From assembly GCA_963825065.1 (NCBI GenBank), contig CAWGRU010000016.1, positions 41,732 to 105,731 of the forward strand: 64,000 nt of DNA. The letters are read 5' to 3'. The first letter of the stretch is position 1. The number at the start of each line of letters is the position of its first letter. The position numbers and the translations under genes were made by a program. Shown in pieces: positions 37,788-48,240 of this stretch. The notes below the pieces were generated by a model. It was not told where the DNA came from and did not search any database. It saw only the letters and a program-made list of their open reading frames with translations. Origin of the DNA: an uncultured Gemmatimonadales bacterium (GTDB lineage: Bacteria > Gemmatimonadota > Gemmatimonadetes > Gemmatimonadales > GWC2-71-9).

Positions 37788-39068
37788 ATGCGCTACACGA
37801 CCTATTCCAAGTTCGTCCCGGGGCTCGCGGAGTCGGTCAATCTGCAGGCGCTCCTCGACCAGCTCGGGGATTTCCTGCTGCAGTCGGGATTCGCCGGGGA
37901 GAACTGGTGGGGAGAGGATCAGGGGGGCGACCGCTCGCTCGAGTCGCTGCGCGAGGCAATCCTCAAGGCGCTGATGCAGTCGGGGCAGCTGACGCCGGAG
38001 ATGATGAAGCTGCTCCGTGGCGAATCCACCGGCGACGAGGTGAAGGATGCGGAGATCCAGCAGCAGCTGGCCGAACTGTTGGACCAGATCGTGGAGCGGC
38101 TGCGGGCGGAGGGCTTCCTGAACGTGCAGGAGGCGCCGCAGATGCCCGCCGGCTACACCTCCGTCTTCGGACCGGACGGGCAGGCGCGCTCGGCAGCCCA
38201 GCAGGTGCAATTCTCACTCACGGAAAAGGGCGCCGACTTCCTCGGCTTCAAGCTGCTGAAGCAGTTGCTCGGCAGTGTGGGCAAGGCCAGCGCGGGCGCC
38301 CACGATACCCCGCACCTCGCGACCGGGGTCGAGACGGAGGCGGCCAGCAAGCCCTACGAGTACGGCGACGCGATGAATCTCGACGTACCGGGCACCCTCA
38401 CCCGCGCCCTGGCGCGGGGCGGCCTCAAGGTGCCGCTGGAGCTCGACTACGGCGATCTCATGGTCAATCAGTCCGAGTACCGCTCATCGGCGGCCACGGT
38501 GCTGATGCTCGACTGCTCCCACTCGATGATCCTGTACGGAGAGGACCGGTTCACGCCGGCCAAGAAGGTCGCGCTGGCGCTGACCCACCTGATCCGCACC
38601 CAGTTCGCCGGCGACTCCATCCGTTGCGTCCTGTTCCACGACACCGCGGAGGAGATCCCGCTCGCGGCGCTGCCCGCGGTCCAGGTGGGGCCCTATCATA
38701 CCAATACCGCGGAGGGGCTCACCCTGGCGCGCCGGATCCTCACGGCACAGAAGAAGGACATGCGCCAGATCATCATGATCACCGACGGCAAGCCGTCGGC
38801 GATGACGCTGCCGGATGGTCAGGTTTACGTGAATTCGATCGGACTGGACCCGCGGATCCTGGAGGCGACCTACCGCGAGGTGGCGAACTGCCGGCGGGCG
38901 GGCATCATGATCAACACGTTCATGCTGGCGCGGGAACGGTCGCTGGTCGAGTTCGTCAAGAAGGTGTCGGAGATCTGCCGCGGCAAGGCCTACTTCACCA
39001 GCACGATGACGCTGGGTCAGTTCATCCTGATGGACTTCATGAAGCGCAAGACGCGGCGGGTCTCGTAG
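37788..39068 (+). CDS. von Willebrand factor A domain protein (Rv0959-like)
   Basis: [26 protein letters not shown]. Confidence 0.85.
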   Translation: MRYTTYSKFVPGLAESVNLQALLDQLGDFLLQSGFAGENWWGEDQGGDRSLESLREAILKALMQSGQLTPEMMKLLRGESTGDEVKDAEIQQQLAELLDQIVERLRAEGFLNVQEAPQMPAGYTSVFGPDGQARSAAQQVQFSLTEKGADFLGFKLLKQLLGSVGKASAGAHDTPHLATGVETEAASKPYEYGDAMNLDVPGTLTRALARGGLKVPLELDYGDLMVNQSEYRSSAATVLMLDCSHSMILYGEDRFTPAKKVALALTHLIRTQFAGDSIRCVLFHDTAEEIPLAALPAVQVGPYHTNTAEGLTLARRILTAQKKDMRQIIMITDGKPSAMTLPDGQVYVNSIGLDPRILEATYREVANCRRAGIMINTFMLARERSLVEFVKKVSEICRGKAYFTSTMTLGQFILMDFMKRKTRRVS

Positions 39069-39071
39069 CCC

Positions 39072-40523
39072 TTACCGCGTGATGACACGCTTGGCCGATG
39101 CTCCCGCCGCAAGCTGGGCATTCCCGTCTGCCACACCGTTGATCAGCGCCAGGGTCTCGATCGGCACCACCGAGGGATACTGGCGGTTGAACTCGGCGAG
39201 CGTCATCGCCCGCGGAACCCGGGTGATCATCAGCCGGTTGGGCTTGATCCCCAGCGCCGCCGGATCGGTCAGTCGCCGGAAGCTGCCGATGAAACCGCGG
39301 AAGGCCGCGTCGTAGGCCTGCGCCGACTGGTTCGTCAGCCCGAGGAGCTGGTAGGTCGTGCCGTCGTAGCTGATGAAGGCGACCAGACCATTGAGCGTAC
39401 TGCCGTCCTGGTTCTGGGCGCTGAAGGGCGCCAGCGCCGCCGCGTTCCCGTTGATGGTGGTCTGGCTCGAGCGCCCGGCCTGGATACCCTCCTGCGCCAG
39501 AAACTGCTGCAGCACATCCGAAGGAGCACCCTTCCCCGCGAAACCGAGCGTGACCTGGGCGTCGCCCTGCGAACTCTGCCCCACCACGGCCGACGGCTGG
39601 TTCTGGGTCTTCCAGCCCGGGGGGAAGTCGATCTGGAAGGCGAGATCGGGGTGCAGGAACTGGGTCCCCTTGAAGTAGCCCTGCCGCGGGTTGTCACCGA
39701 ACACCATGCCGTCGATCACCCTCAGGAACTGGTCCCGGTTCACCTTCTTGCCGTCGAGCGGCACGGTCACCCGGGAGAGCCGCCCCTTGGTGGTCTCGAT
39801 CCGGTTCCCCGGGTCGGGGTGGGTCGATTGCCACTCGGGGATACGCTGGCCCGCCGTGGCGCTGATCCGCTGCAGAACGGCGAACATGTCCACCATCTTC
39901 CGGACGTCGTAGCCGTCGTTCAGGGCGTAGCGGAAGCCGAGGCCATCGGCCTGGGTCTCGTCGTCGCGGCTGTACTTCAGGAACAGGGCCCCGACGCCCT
40001 GGCTGATGATCCCCAGGTTCTTGGCGATCTTGTCGCTCGCGATCGCGCCCGCGACCATCCCGATCTGCGCGATCTGCTGGCGGGTCATCTGCTGGACGGA
40101 ATGCCGCGCCGTCACGTGTCCGATCTCGTGACCCACCACCGTGGCCAGCTCGGCCTCCGAATTCATGTGGGTCATGATGCCCCGCGTCACGAAGATGAAT
40201 CCCCCGGGCAGCGCAAAGGCGTTCACGGTGGGGTCGTCCATCACGGTAAAGGTCCACGGCAGTGCAGGCCGCTCGGTACCGGCGGCGAGTTCCTTGCCCA
40301 GCCGGTTGACGTAGACCTGGACGCCGGAATCGGGATAGGCCCCCATCTCCTGGGTGACCTGCCCCGCATACTCCCGGCCCATGGAGATCTCCTGGCTCTC
40401 GGAGACGAACGAGAGTTCCTTCTTGCCGGTGACCGGATTGGTGGCGCAGGTTGTGAGGGCGCCGACGAGCGACAGCGCGAGCGCGGCGCGCCAGCTGGTC
40501 CCGATGCGAGCAGCGATGGTCAC
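39072..40523 (-). CDS. M48 family metalloprotease lipoprotein with C-terminal LysM-like segment
   Basis: C-ATNPVTG lipoprotein N-terminus, NAFALPGG, HEIGH, YSRDDE..AD, STHP. Confidence 0.88.
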   Translation of the reverse strand: MTIAARIGTSWRAALALSLVGALTTCATNPVTGKKELSFVSESQEISMGREYAGQVTQEMGAYPDSGVQVYVNRLGKELAAGTERPALPWTFTVMDDPTVNAFALPGGFIFVTRGIMTHMNSEAELATVVGHEIGHVTARHSVQQMTRQQIAQIGMVAGAIASDKIAKNLGIISQGVGALFLKYSRDDETQADGLGFRYALNDGYDVRKMVDMFAVLQRISATAGQRIPEWQSTHPDPGNRIETTKGRLSRVTVPLDGKKVNRDQFLRVIDGMVFGDNPRQGYFKGTQFLHPDLAFQIDFPPGWKTQNQPSAVVGQSSQGDAQVTLGFAGKGAPSDVLQQFLAQEGIQAGRSSQTTINGNAAALAPFSAQNQDGSTLNGLVAFISYDGTTYQLLGLTNQSAQAYDAAFRGFIGSFRRLTDPAALGIKPNRLMITRVPRAMTLAEFNRQYPSVVPIETLALINGVADGNAQLAAGASAKRVITR

Positions 40524-40562
40524 GGAGACTTCCTCCCGGATCAGTGGAGTGCGTCCGGACCC

Positions 40563-43500
40563 TCAGGCCCCGAGGCGCTCGGTCGACAGCATGTCACGCA
40601 CCCGGTCAAGCAGCGCCGAGGGCGAAAATGGCTTCTGCAGATAGTCGGTCCCGTGGCCGAACCCGCCGGTGTCGAGGATCGCCTCGTTGGTGTACCCGGA
40701 CACGAACAGGACCCGGAGACCGGGGCGCATCCCGGCGAGCAGATCGGCCAGCTTCCGGCCGCCCATGCGGGGCATGATCACATCGGTGATCATGAGGTCG
40801 ATCTCCCCGGCCCATTCCCCGACCACCCGCAGGGCCGCTTCGCCGTGCTCGGCCACCAGCACCGTGTACCCGGCGCGGCGCAGGGTCCGGCAGACGAGGT
40901 CACGGACCATCTCCTCGTCTTCGACCACGAGGACGGTGCCGCTCGCCGGCGGCATCGCTGGCGGGGCGCCACTGCCCGGGTTGTCCGCCGGCCGCTCCCG
41001 CACCTCCGGCAGGTATACTCGCACGGTAGTGCCCAAACCGGGAGTGCTCTCAAGATGGATACCGCCCTCGCTCTGGCGGACGATACCGTAGACCGTGGAA
41101 AGCCCCAGTCCGGTCCCCTTGCCCTGTTCCTTGGTCGTGAAGAACGGATCGAAGGCACGACGCTGGACATCGGCCGCCATCCCGGCCCCGGTGTCGGCGA
41201 CCGTGAGGCAGACATGCGGGCCGGGCTGGATCTCGAGGAAGGTCCGCGCGAAGTTCTCGTCGAGCCGCACTGTCGCAGTGGAAATCGTGAGCGTCCCGCC
41301 GCCGGGCATGGCATCCCGGGCGTTGAGCACCAGGTTCAGCAGCACCTGCTCCAGCTGGCCCCGATCCACACGCACGAAGCACTCCGCGCCGGCGTGGTGG
41401 ATCACCAGGCGCACATCCTCGCCGATGAGGCGCCGGAGCATGCCTCCCATCTGGTCCACCACCCTGGGGAGATCGAGGACCTGCGGCGCCAGAATCTGCT
41501 GACGGCTGTAGGCGAGCAGCTGCCGGGTGAGGCTCGCCGCCCGCTCGGCCGCCCGGGTGATTTCCTCCGCATCCTCGTGCTGCTGGCCTCCGGGCGGCAG
41601 GGTCTCCCGGAGCGCCTCCGCGTAACCGGTGATCGCCGTGAGCAGGTTGTTGAAATCGTGCGCCACGCCCCCCGCCAGCTTGCCGACCGCCTCCATCTTC
41701 TGCGCCTGACGGAGCTGTTCCTCCAGTCGCTTCCGTTCGGTGATGTCGGCGACGGCACCGTCGTAGTACTGCACCGTGCCGTTGTGCCCGCGGACGCCGG
41801 TGCTGCTCAGCAGCGCCCAGAAGGGCGTGCCATCCTTGCGGACGAATCGCACCTCCTCGTTCGCGAAGCATCCGCGCTCGGCGATCACCCGCTCGAGTTC
41901 CTCGCGTCGCGCCGGGTCCTGAAACCGCATCGCCGACGGCACCCGGAGCATCGCCTCGGGTGACTCGTACCCGAACATGCGCGCGAAGGCGGCGTTGGCG
42001 TACACCAGGCCGCCGACCGGCGTGCTGCGGTAGAGCCCCTCGTTCACGTTGCGGTTGATGGACGCCAGCAGATCCTCGCGGCGCTCCCGCTCCAGCGCGA
42101 TCCCCGCGAGCGCCGCCGCTCGCTCCACCAGGGCGAGCTCCTGCGGCTCGGGCGCGCGGGGTTCGCGGTAGTAGACCGCGAAGGTGCCGAGAATCTCCCC
42201 CGAGGCGGCCCGGATCGGCACCGACCAGCAGGCGCGGAGGCCGTGGGGCAATGCGGCGGACCGGTAGTCCTCCCACAGCGGATCGGTGGCGATGTCCCTG
42301 ACAATCACCGTCCGGCCGGTGTAGGCCGCGGTGCCGCAGGAACCGGCCTTCGGGCCGATCTCCACCCCTTCGATCGCGGCGTTGTAGTCCGCCGGCAGGG
42401 AGGGCGCCGCGGCCACGTGCATCCGGGTCCCTTCGAGCAGCAGGATCGAACACAGCCCGTCTCCGGTCAGCCCCTCGATCCCGCGCACCGTGGCGTCCAG
42501 CACGTCGGCGATCGGCTGCCCGGTGGCCACCAGTTCCAGCACCCGCGCCTGCCAGGCCAGCATCGCCTCGGCCCGCTTGCGGTCGGTGATATCGCGGACA
42601 AGACCGAGGACTTCGCCATCCCCCAGCGGGAGGTAGCGCGCCTCACCCACCCGGGGGCGCCCCAGAGAGGACAGCACATACTCGATCGGCACCGGTGGCT
42701 TGCCCGCCAGCGCGGCGCGAATCAGGCGCTCCATCGCTTCCGCCTGGGCCGGCACGACGTCGCGCACGTGGCGGCCGATCAGCTCCTCTCGGGGCACGGT
42801 CGCGATGGCCCCGGGAGGGACATACATGTCGAGATAGGTCCCGTCCGCGCTCAACCGGTAGGTGATGTCGGGCAGAATCTGCTGAAAGGCGTTCCGCAGT
42901 GTGTCACTCTTGAGTCGGCCCGCGAGGGCCGTCTCCCGCTCGGCGATGAGCGCGCCGAACACCAGCGGCACCGCCACGAGCAGCACCTCGAAGCCCTGCA
43001 CCGCCTCGAGCCGCTGGTTCATCGGCACCAGGAGGAACGGTCCGAAGCCATGCGTCGTGGCGATGGCGACGACGAGCGCGGTCAGCGAGGCCGCCGACGC
43101 CGCACCCCGCGGCCCGAAACGCAGCGCGGCGTACAGCGCCAGGGGCAGGACCAGGCAGAGCAGCAGCACCGCCACGGCACCGGTCGCGAACAGCGTCATG
43201 GCGCCAGCCAGCAGCAGGCAGATCGCACCCCCGATCCCGACCGCCTGGAGCGTGGCGCGATCCCGGATCGGCGCGATCGGCGGGCCGATCCAGGTGCCGG
43301 CCAGCGGCAGCACCGTCAGGACCCCGAGCGCGTTCATCCGCCACCACCCTGCCCACCCCGCGTAGAAGGGCATGCCGGGATCGTGCCAGAAGTACCCCCG
43401 GGCCGCCCAGGAACAGAGCAGGCTCGCCAGCGGCGCCACGGCGGCCACCACGAACAGCGTCGCCACGTCCCGGAGTCGCTCGAGTGTGCCGCGATAGCCG

Positions 43501-43793
43501 AGCGAACGGAGAATCGTCACCCCCACGACGGCCTCCAGCGCACTTCCTGCGGCCGCCGGCAGCAGAACCGCCAGATCGTAGCCGAGCAGCAGGCGCTGCA
43601 GTACCGTGACGAGCGCGACCACCCACCAGGCCGACGGCCCGAGGAGCCATAGCCCGGCGATGGCCACCCCGGAAGGCAGCCAGATCACCGCCTGGCTGAT
43701 CGCCGGCGAGTCGGCCTCGCGCATGAGGGCCGACGCCGTCAGCACAAGCGCGAAGAGCAGGAGCCGCCTGGACCGGGGAAGAAGTCGTCCCAT
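40563..43793 (-). CDS. Hybrid sensor kinase (MASE1-PAS-GAF-PAS-HisKA-HATPase-REC)
   Basis: N-terminal multi-TM (IWLPSG, MASE1-like), SCGTAAY GAF, AHDFNNLL, GTGLGL, REC VEDE/TDVIMP. Start inferred at ATG 43793. Confidence 0.87.
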   Translation of the reverse strand: MGRLLPRSRRLLLFALVLTASALMREADSPAISQAVIWLPSGVAIAGLWLLGPSAWWVVALVTVLQRLLLGYDLAVLLPAAAGSALEAVVGVTILRSLGYRGTLERLRDVATLFVVAAVAPLASLLCSWAARGYFWHDPGMPFYAGWAGWWRMNALGVLTVLPLAGTWIGPPIAPIRDRATLQAVGIGGAICLLLAGAMTLFATGAVAVLLLCLVLPLALYAALRFGPRGAASAASLTALVVAIATTHGFGPFLLVPMNQRLEAVQGFEVLLVAVPLVFGALIAERETALAGRLKSDTLRNAFQQILPDITYRLSADGTYLDMYVPPGAIATVPREELIGRHVRDVVPAQAEAMERLIRAALAGKPPVPIEYVLSSLGRPRVGEARYLPLGDGEVLGLVRDITDRKRAEAMLAWQARVLELVATGQPIADVLDATVRGIEGLTGDGLCSILLLEGTRMHVAAAPSLPADYNAAIEGVEIGPKAGSCGTAAYTGRTVIVRDIATDPLWEDYRSAALPHGLRACWSVPIRAASGEILGTFAVYYREPRAPEPQELALVERAAALAGIALERERREDLLASINRNVNEGLYRSTPVGGLVYANAAFARMFGYESPEAMLRVPSAMRFQDPARREELERVIAERGCFANEEVRFVRKDGTPFWALLSSTGVRGHNGTVQYYDGAVADITERKRLEEQLRQAQKMEAVGKLAGGVAHDFNNLLTAITGYAEALRETLPPGGQQHEDAEEITRAAERAASLTRQLLAYSRQQILAPQVLDLPRVVDQMGGMLRRLIGEDVRLVIHHAGAECFVRVDRGQLEQVLLNLVLNARDAMPGGGTLTISTATVRLDENFARTFLEIQPGPHVCLTVADTGAGMAADVQRRAFDPFFTTKEQGKGTGLGLSTVYGIVRQSEGGIHLESTPGLGTTVRVYLPEVRERPADNPGSGAPPAMPPASGTVLVVEDEEMVRDLVCRTLRRAGYTVLVAEHGEAALRVVGEWAGEIDLMITDVIMPRMGGRKLADLLAGMRPGLRVLFVSGYTNEAILDTGGFGHGTDYLQKPFSPSALLDRVRDMLSTERLGA

Positions 43794-43899
43794 TCCCCAA
43801 GTTCTCGTCGGCGGACCCGGAATGCCATAGGGCGGGAAGTTCGAGCGGCCAGCCCGGAAATCCGGACTGGCCGCTTCGGATATCAGATGCCGCGCTCTC

Positions 43900-46026
43900 C
43901 TACATGGCGGGGCGGGCACCGTCTCGCGCCTCGAGCTCGTCGGCGAGCGCGTGCGCGTCGTACACCCGGCGCAGGGCATGGACGATCGCCCGCGAGTCGA
44001 CCCACACCGAGCGGGCGACCCGTTCGGTGAACAGGAAGCGGTTCGGCAGCATCTCGATGTTGCCGTCGAAGATCAGCCCGACCACCTCGGCGTCCCGGTT
44101 GATCACCGGGCTGCCGGAGTTGCCACCGATGATGTCGTTGGTCGACACCACATTGAACGGTGTGTCGGTGGTGAGCGAATCGCGCCGTTCCTGCCAGCGG
44201 GTGGGCAGATCGAAGGGCGGCTGCCCGCCGAAAGCCGCGGAACGCTCGTACAGCCCGTTGAAGGTGGTGTAGGGCGCGGCCACGCTTCCGTTCATCGGAT
44301 AGCGGCGGACTTCGCCGTCCGAGATGCGCAGGCTGAAGGTTGCATCGGGCGCGACCTGGTCGCCGTAGACCGCCAGCAGCGCACGGGCGACCTGCTCGTT
44401 GGCCTGCGCCTCCCGATCGTTCAGATCGGTGACCTCGCGGATCATGGCCCGTTCCAGCGGATCGATCACCCGGGCGAGCCGGATGAACGGGTCCGTGGAG
44501 GCGGCGAGGCCCGCCGCGCCCCCGTCGCTGAGGGCCTTGCGGGCCTCCGCGGTGGCAATCGTAACGGCATCGACCATGGCACTCGCCGCGGCGTCCGGCG
44601 TCCGTCCCTGCAGCGCCTGGCGGACCACCGGATCGGTCGCCGGCAGCTCGCGCTGCATCGCGGCGAGGTAGGCGGCGAGCAGGGCCTTCTCCTGGGTCAG
44701 GTCGATCGGCTGCTCGCTGAAGAGCACCCGCTCGATGTTCGCCTTGTTCGCCTCCTGGTACGCGGAGAGTCGGGCCGAGTCGGCCTTGGCGGTCTCGACC
44801 CGGTAGCGAATGATCCCCATCGCGAGTCCAAGGAGGCGTGCACCGTAGGCCCCGGTCGCGTAGTAACGGCGGCGCACGTCGATCTGCCGCCGGCGCGCCG
44901 AGACATCGGCGATCGTCAGCCAGGCCCTTCCGTACTTCGCCTTCAGCGCCGGGGTGGCCTCCACCTTGGCGCGGAAGGCCTTCTCCCACTCCTGCTTGTG
45001 CGCCATCAGCCTGGGATCCAGCAGTCCGGTCTGGTAGCCGCCGATCGCCTTCTGGGTGTTCTCGAGGCCGAAGATCGTATTCCGCAGCGCCTTGGCGCGA
45101 ACGGTGTCGGACTGGCCGAGGGCGTGGAAGGTCGCGATCTGCCGGCGCAGGGCGTCCAGCTGCGCGGGGTACTGCACGTCGCGGAGGAAGGTGAGCTGGG
45201 CCATCGTGTTCAGCCGTCCGGTGGATCCCGGGTTGCCGATCACGAAGGTGAGGTCGCCCTCCTTGGAGCCGTTCCGGCTCCAGCTGAAGTGCTGCGGGGT
45301 CTGCGCCGGCTTGCCATCCACGTAGGCCCGCACGAAGCTCATGTCCAGATCGAAGCGGGGGTAGGTGAAGTTGTCCGGATCGCCACCGAAGAACGCGGTC
45401 TGCTCCTCCGGCGCGAACACCAGCCGGATGTCCTTGTAGCGGTGGAACCGGTACAGCTTGTACTGTCCGCCGCGGTACATCGTCACCACCTGGCATGCCG
45501 CGTCCGGTTCGGTCCTGCCGCACTCTTCCTCGATCGCCTTGATCACCTTGGCCCGCTGCAGTGCCGCGGTCTTGGCGGCGGCGGTCGGCGAAGCGGACGA
45601 GCTCACCTTGTCGGTGACGTCGGTGATCTGCTGGAGCTGGTCGAGGAAGAGCCCCTGACAGGCCCGCTCATCTTCCCGCCGGGCCGCGTAGAAGCCGTTG
45701 CTGAGGAAGTCCTCTCCTTCCCTGGTGGTGGACTCGATGCAGGCGCGGGCGCAGTGGTGGTTGGACATCACCAGCCCATCGCCTGACACGAAGGACGCGG
45801 TGCACCCGTTGCCGTAGCGGAGCGCGGAGAGCCGCGCGTGCTCCAGCCACGCATCCGAGGGCGCAAAGTTGTAGCGCTTCGCCCAGTACTCGCGGGGCGG
45901 AGCATCGAAGGTCCACATCTTCCCGGTCTCGAGACCCGGGTATTCGCCCTCCAGCACATCCTGGGCACGGAGTGCCCCGGGAAGGACCAGAAGGAGCGGG
46001 AGCAGCAGAGTACGGAGGATACGCAT
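43900..46026 (-). CDS. S46 family dipeptidyl peptidase
   Basis: Signal peptide, GKMWT, GCTASFVS..GLVMSNHHC, DNFTYPR..LD, IIGGNSGSPVIN. Confidence 0.92.
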   Translation of the reverse strand: MRILRTLLLPLLLVLPGALRAQDVLEGEYPGLETGKMWTFDAPPREYWAKRYNFAPSDAWLEHARLSALRYGNGCTASFVSGDGLVMSNHHCARACIESTTREGEDFLSNGFYAARREDERACQGLFLDQLQQITDVTDKVSSSASPTAAAKTAALQRAKVIKAIEEECGRTEPDAACQVVTMYRGGQYKLYRFHRYKDIRLVFAPEEQTAFFGGDPDNFTYPRFDLDMSFVRAYVDGKPAQTPQHFSWSRNGSKEGDLTFVIGNPGSTGRLNTMAQLTFLRDVQYPAQLDALRRQIATFHALGQSDTVRAKALRNTIFGLENTQKAIGGYQTGLLDPRLMAHKQEWEKAFRAKVEATPALKAKYGRAWLTIADVSARRRQIDVRRRYYATGAYGARLLGLAMGIIRYRVETAKADSARLSAYQEANKANIERVLFSEQPIDLTQEKALLAAYLAAMQRELPATDPVVRQALQGRTPDAAASAMVDAVTIATAEARKALSDGGAAGLAASTDPFIRLARVIDPLERAMIREVTDLNDREAQANEQVARALLAVYGDQVAPDATFSLRISDGEVRRYPMNGSVAAPYTTFNGLYERSAAFGGQPPFDLPTRWQERRDSLTTDTPFNVVSTNDIIGGNSGSPVINRDAEVVGLIFDGNIEMLPNRFLFTERVARSVWVDSRAIVHALRRVYDAHALADELEARDGARPAM

Positions 46027-46071
46027 GGCGTGTTGGCGGTTCAGGGTGGATCGACCGGCGGAGACCCCGGA

Positions 46072-46103
46072 AAATAGACGGGCGCGCACCGAAGTGCGCG
46101 CCC
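46072..46103 (-). terminator. Intrinsic terminator (cUUCGg loop) after the membrane protein gene
   Basis: Stem GGGCGCGCAC / GTGCGCGCCC with TTCG loop on the minus strand, then GTCTATTTT. Confidence 0.65.
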
Positions 46104-46130
46104 TCGGAGATCAACGGGGCCGTCCGGCGA

Positions 46131-46694
46131 TCAGCCCCTCGGCCAGAGCCAGCCGAAGGCGCCCGCGGACACCAGCCCGTAGAGGAGGCTGTCGGCCACA
46201 TCCTTCCAGGTGGCGCTCCACGGCTTCCCCATCCAGATCGAGGATGGCACCTGGCCGCCGGCGTACGCGAGGAAGGTCACCGTGCCGACCACCTGGAACA
46301 CCTTCAGATAGTCGGTGCCGATGGGCAGCGTCCGGGAAGCGACGTAGGCCACGAACACGGCCATGATGATGTTGAAGACCGCCCACCGGCCGATCTGGGG
46401 ACCGATGCTGGGCGCACCGCTCTTCATCACATACATCAGGCCGACCGGTCCCTCCATCCACTTCTGCATGTTCTCCGGCTTCGCCATCTCCTTGTGATCG
46501 GTGCAGTGCGGGAAGATGTACTGCGCCGGCTCCGGGTTCCCGGCGCGCACAGCGGCGCGCACCTGGTCCTCGTTGGGCAGCTTGCGATAGTCGCTGTTGT
46601 GCCACTTGAGCACCATGTGGATGAGTGTGCTCGTCACGTGCACGAGCAGCGCGGCCAGAAGGATCGGGGCCCACAGCTGGGCGAGGGAAACCAT
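46131..46694 (-). CDS. Conserved hypothetical membrane protein
   Basis: GGAGG SD. One N-terminal TM, a soluble loop (WHNSDY, QYIFP, GPVG) and three further TM segments. Confidence 0.78.
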   Translation of the reverse strand: MVSLAQLWAPILLAALLVHVTSTLIHMVLKWHNSDYRKLPNEDQVRAAVRAGNPEPAQYIFPHCTDHKEMAKPENMQKWMEGPVGLMYVMKSGAPSIGPQIGRWAVFNIIMAVFVAYVASRTLPIGTDYLKVFQVVGTVTFLAYAGGQVPSSIWMGKPWSATWKDVADSLLYGLVSAGAFGWLWPRG

Positions 46695-46810
46695 GCAAGC
46701 CTCCACTTTGAGGGGAATGTCCTGGGCTCCGATCTACAGCCATCCGGAATGCCGTCAAGGGGGTTCGACTTTCGTGACACTGGAGGCGTCTGGGGGCGAG
46801 CCCCGTCACC

Positions 46811-47356
46811 CTACTCGGCCGGACGCGCCATCCGCAGGCAGAGCCAGCCGCCGAAGAGGAGGGAGGCGACGAGCACCAGGACGGCGGAGAGCCGGGTGAG
46901 GCCTGCCAGGCGGGTGTCGTAGGGCAGTGCGCCGAAGTGGCCGAGCAGCCAGGCCCAGTCGTGGACCGAGTTCTCGCCGAAGCCGACGAGGTCGAGATCC
47001 AGGGTGCGCGCGTCGCCGATGTAGCGGGCCAGGTCGAGCAGGCTCGAACTCAGCCAGGCGCCCGCTCCGGCAATGCCGAAGAAGTCGCGGTAGTGATAGA
47101 AGAGCAATCCGGTGGCGACGGGGATGAGGACCTGATTGAGACTCCCCCCCGCGACCGTCATGACCTCGCCGAAGAACCCGAAGAGCAGATGCCCGAACTC
47201 GTGGACCCCGAAGGTGATTCCGGCAAACAAGCCGCCGGCCTCGGGGTCCCGCAGGTGCCGCCCTGCATCCCAGGCCAGGAAGAGCAGCAGCGGGACCCGC
47301 CACTGCCACCACCTGCCGCGGGCCCAGTCGGCGGCATCGGTGAAGAACGCCGCCAT
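46811..47356 (-). CDS. Membrane protein with HExxH motif (M50-like putative zinc protease)
   Basis: HEFGH in a TM segment, then GGS..QVLIP, YIGDA, HDW. Confidence 0.72.
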   Translation of the reverse strand: MAAFFTDAADWARGRWWQWRVPLLLFLAWDAGRHLRDPEAGGLFAGITFGVHEFGHLLFGFFGEVMTVAGGSLNQVLIPVATGLLFYHYRDFFGIAGAGAWLSSSLLDLARYIGDARTLDLDLVGFGENSVHDWAWLLGHFGALPYDTRLAGLTRLSAVLVLVASLLFGGWLCLRMARPAE

Positions 47357-47463
47357 TATGCCACCGACAACCGCGTCATTGCGTGCACCTAGCGCCTCCC
47401 ACTTGCGACCGATAGGTTGAGGGCTCCAATGCAACTTTCCATCCCGTTGGCGTCGCACTTCGA

Positions 47464-48225
47464 GTGAGCGAAGTCGTGGGGGCCACCCTGCTTGCAGGTG
47501 AGCCGGGCCCGGTCGACCTGGTGAATGGCGGCGGCCGTTCGCCCTATCTGCTCATTTGCGAGCATGCGTCGAACCTGCTGCCGAAGGCGCTCGGTACCCT
47601 GGGGCTTGCCGAGCCCGACCTGCAGCGCCACATCGCCTGGGACATCGGGGCTGAACGGGTGGCTCGTCACCTGTCACAGCTGCTGGATGCGCCACTGCTG
47701 CTGCAACGATATTCGCGCCTCGCGTACGACTGCAACCGTCCGCCCGACTCGGCCGACGCCATGCCGGAGAGCAGCGAGACCACCCAGATTCCCGGCAACC
47801 GGAACCTCTCGCCGGCGGACAAGCTGGCCCGCACCCGTGAAATCTACCGGCCGTTCCACGCCGCCGTGGCCGAGATTCTCGACCGCAGGGCCGCGGAGGG
47901 GGTGGGCTCGAAGGTGGTCTCGATCCACAGCTTCACACCGGTCTACAGGGGCAAACCGCGCGACGTGGAGCTCGGCATCCTGCACGACCGGGACACCAGG
48001 CTGTCGGCGAAACTCATCGGGAGCTTTCCGGACGTGGATGCGCGCCTCAACGAACCGTACGGTCCGGAGGATGGCGTGCTCCACACGCTCAATCTGCATG
48101 CGGCACCGCGGGGGCTGCAGCATGCCATGATCGAGATCCGCAACAATTTCATCTCCGCCGAACAGGGACAGGGCGAGTGGGCGCGGCTGCTGTCCGTCCC
48201 GCTCCTTCTCGCCGCCACGACGTAA
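47464..48225 (+). CDS. N-formylglutamate amidohydrolase family protein
   Basis: LICEHASN, HIAWDIGA, YSRL..DCNRP, SIHSFTP, N.PY, IEIRN. Confidence 0.9.
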   Translation: MSEVVGATLLAGEPGPVDLVNGGGRSPYLLICEHASNLLPKALGTLGLAEPDLQRHIAWDIGAERVARHLSQLLDAPLLLQRYSRLAYDCNRPPDSADAMPESSETTQIPGNRNLSPADKLARTREIYRPFHAAVAEILDRRAAEGVGSKVVSIHSFTPVYRGKPRDVELGILHDRDTRLSAKLIGSFPDVDARLNEPYGPEDGVLHTLNLHAAPRGLQHAMIEIRNNFISAEQGQGEWARLLSVPLLLAATT

Positions 48226-48240
48226 CCAGGGAGAGCGCAG

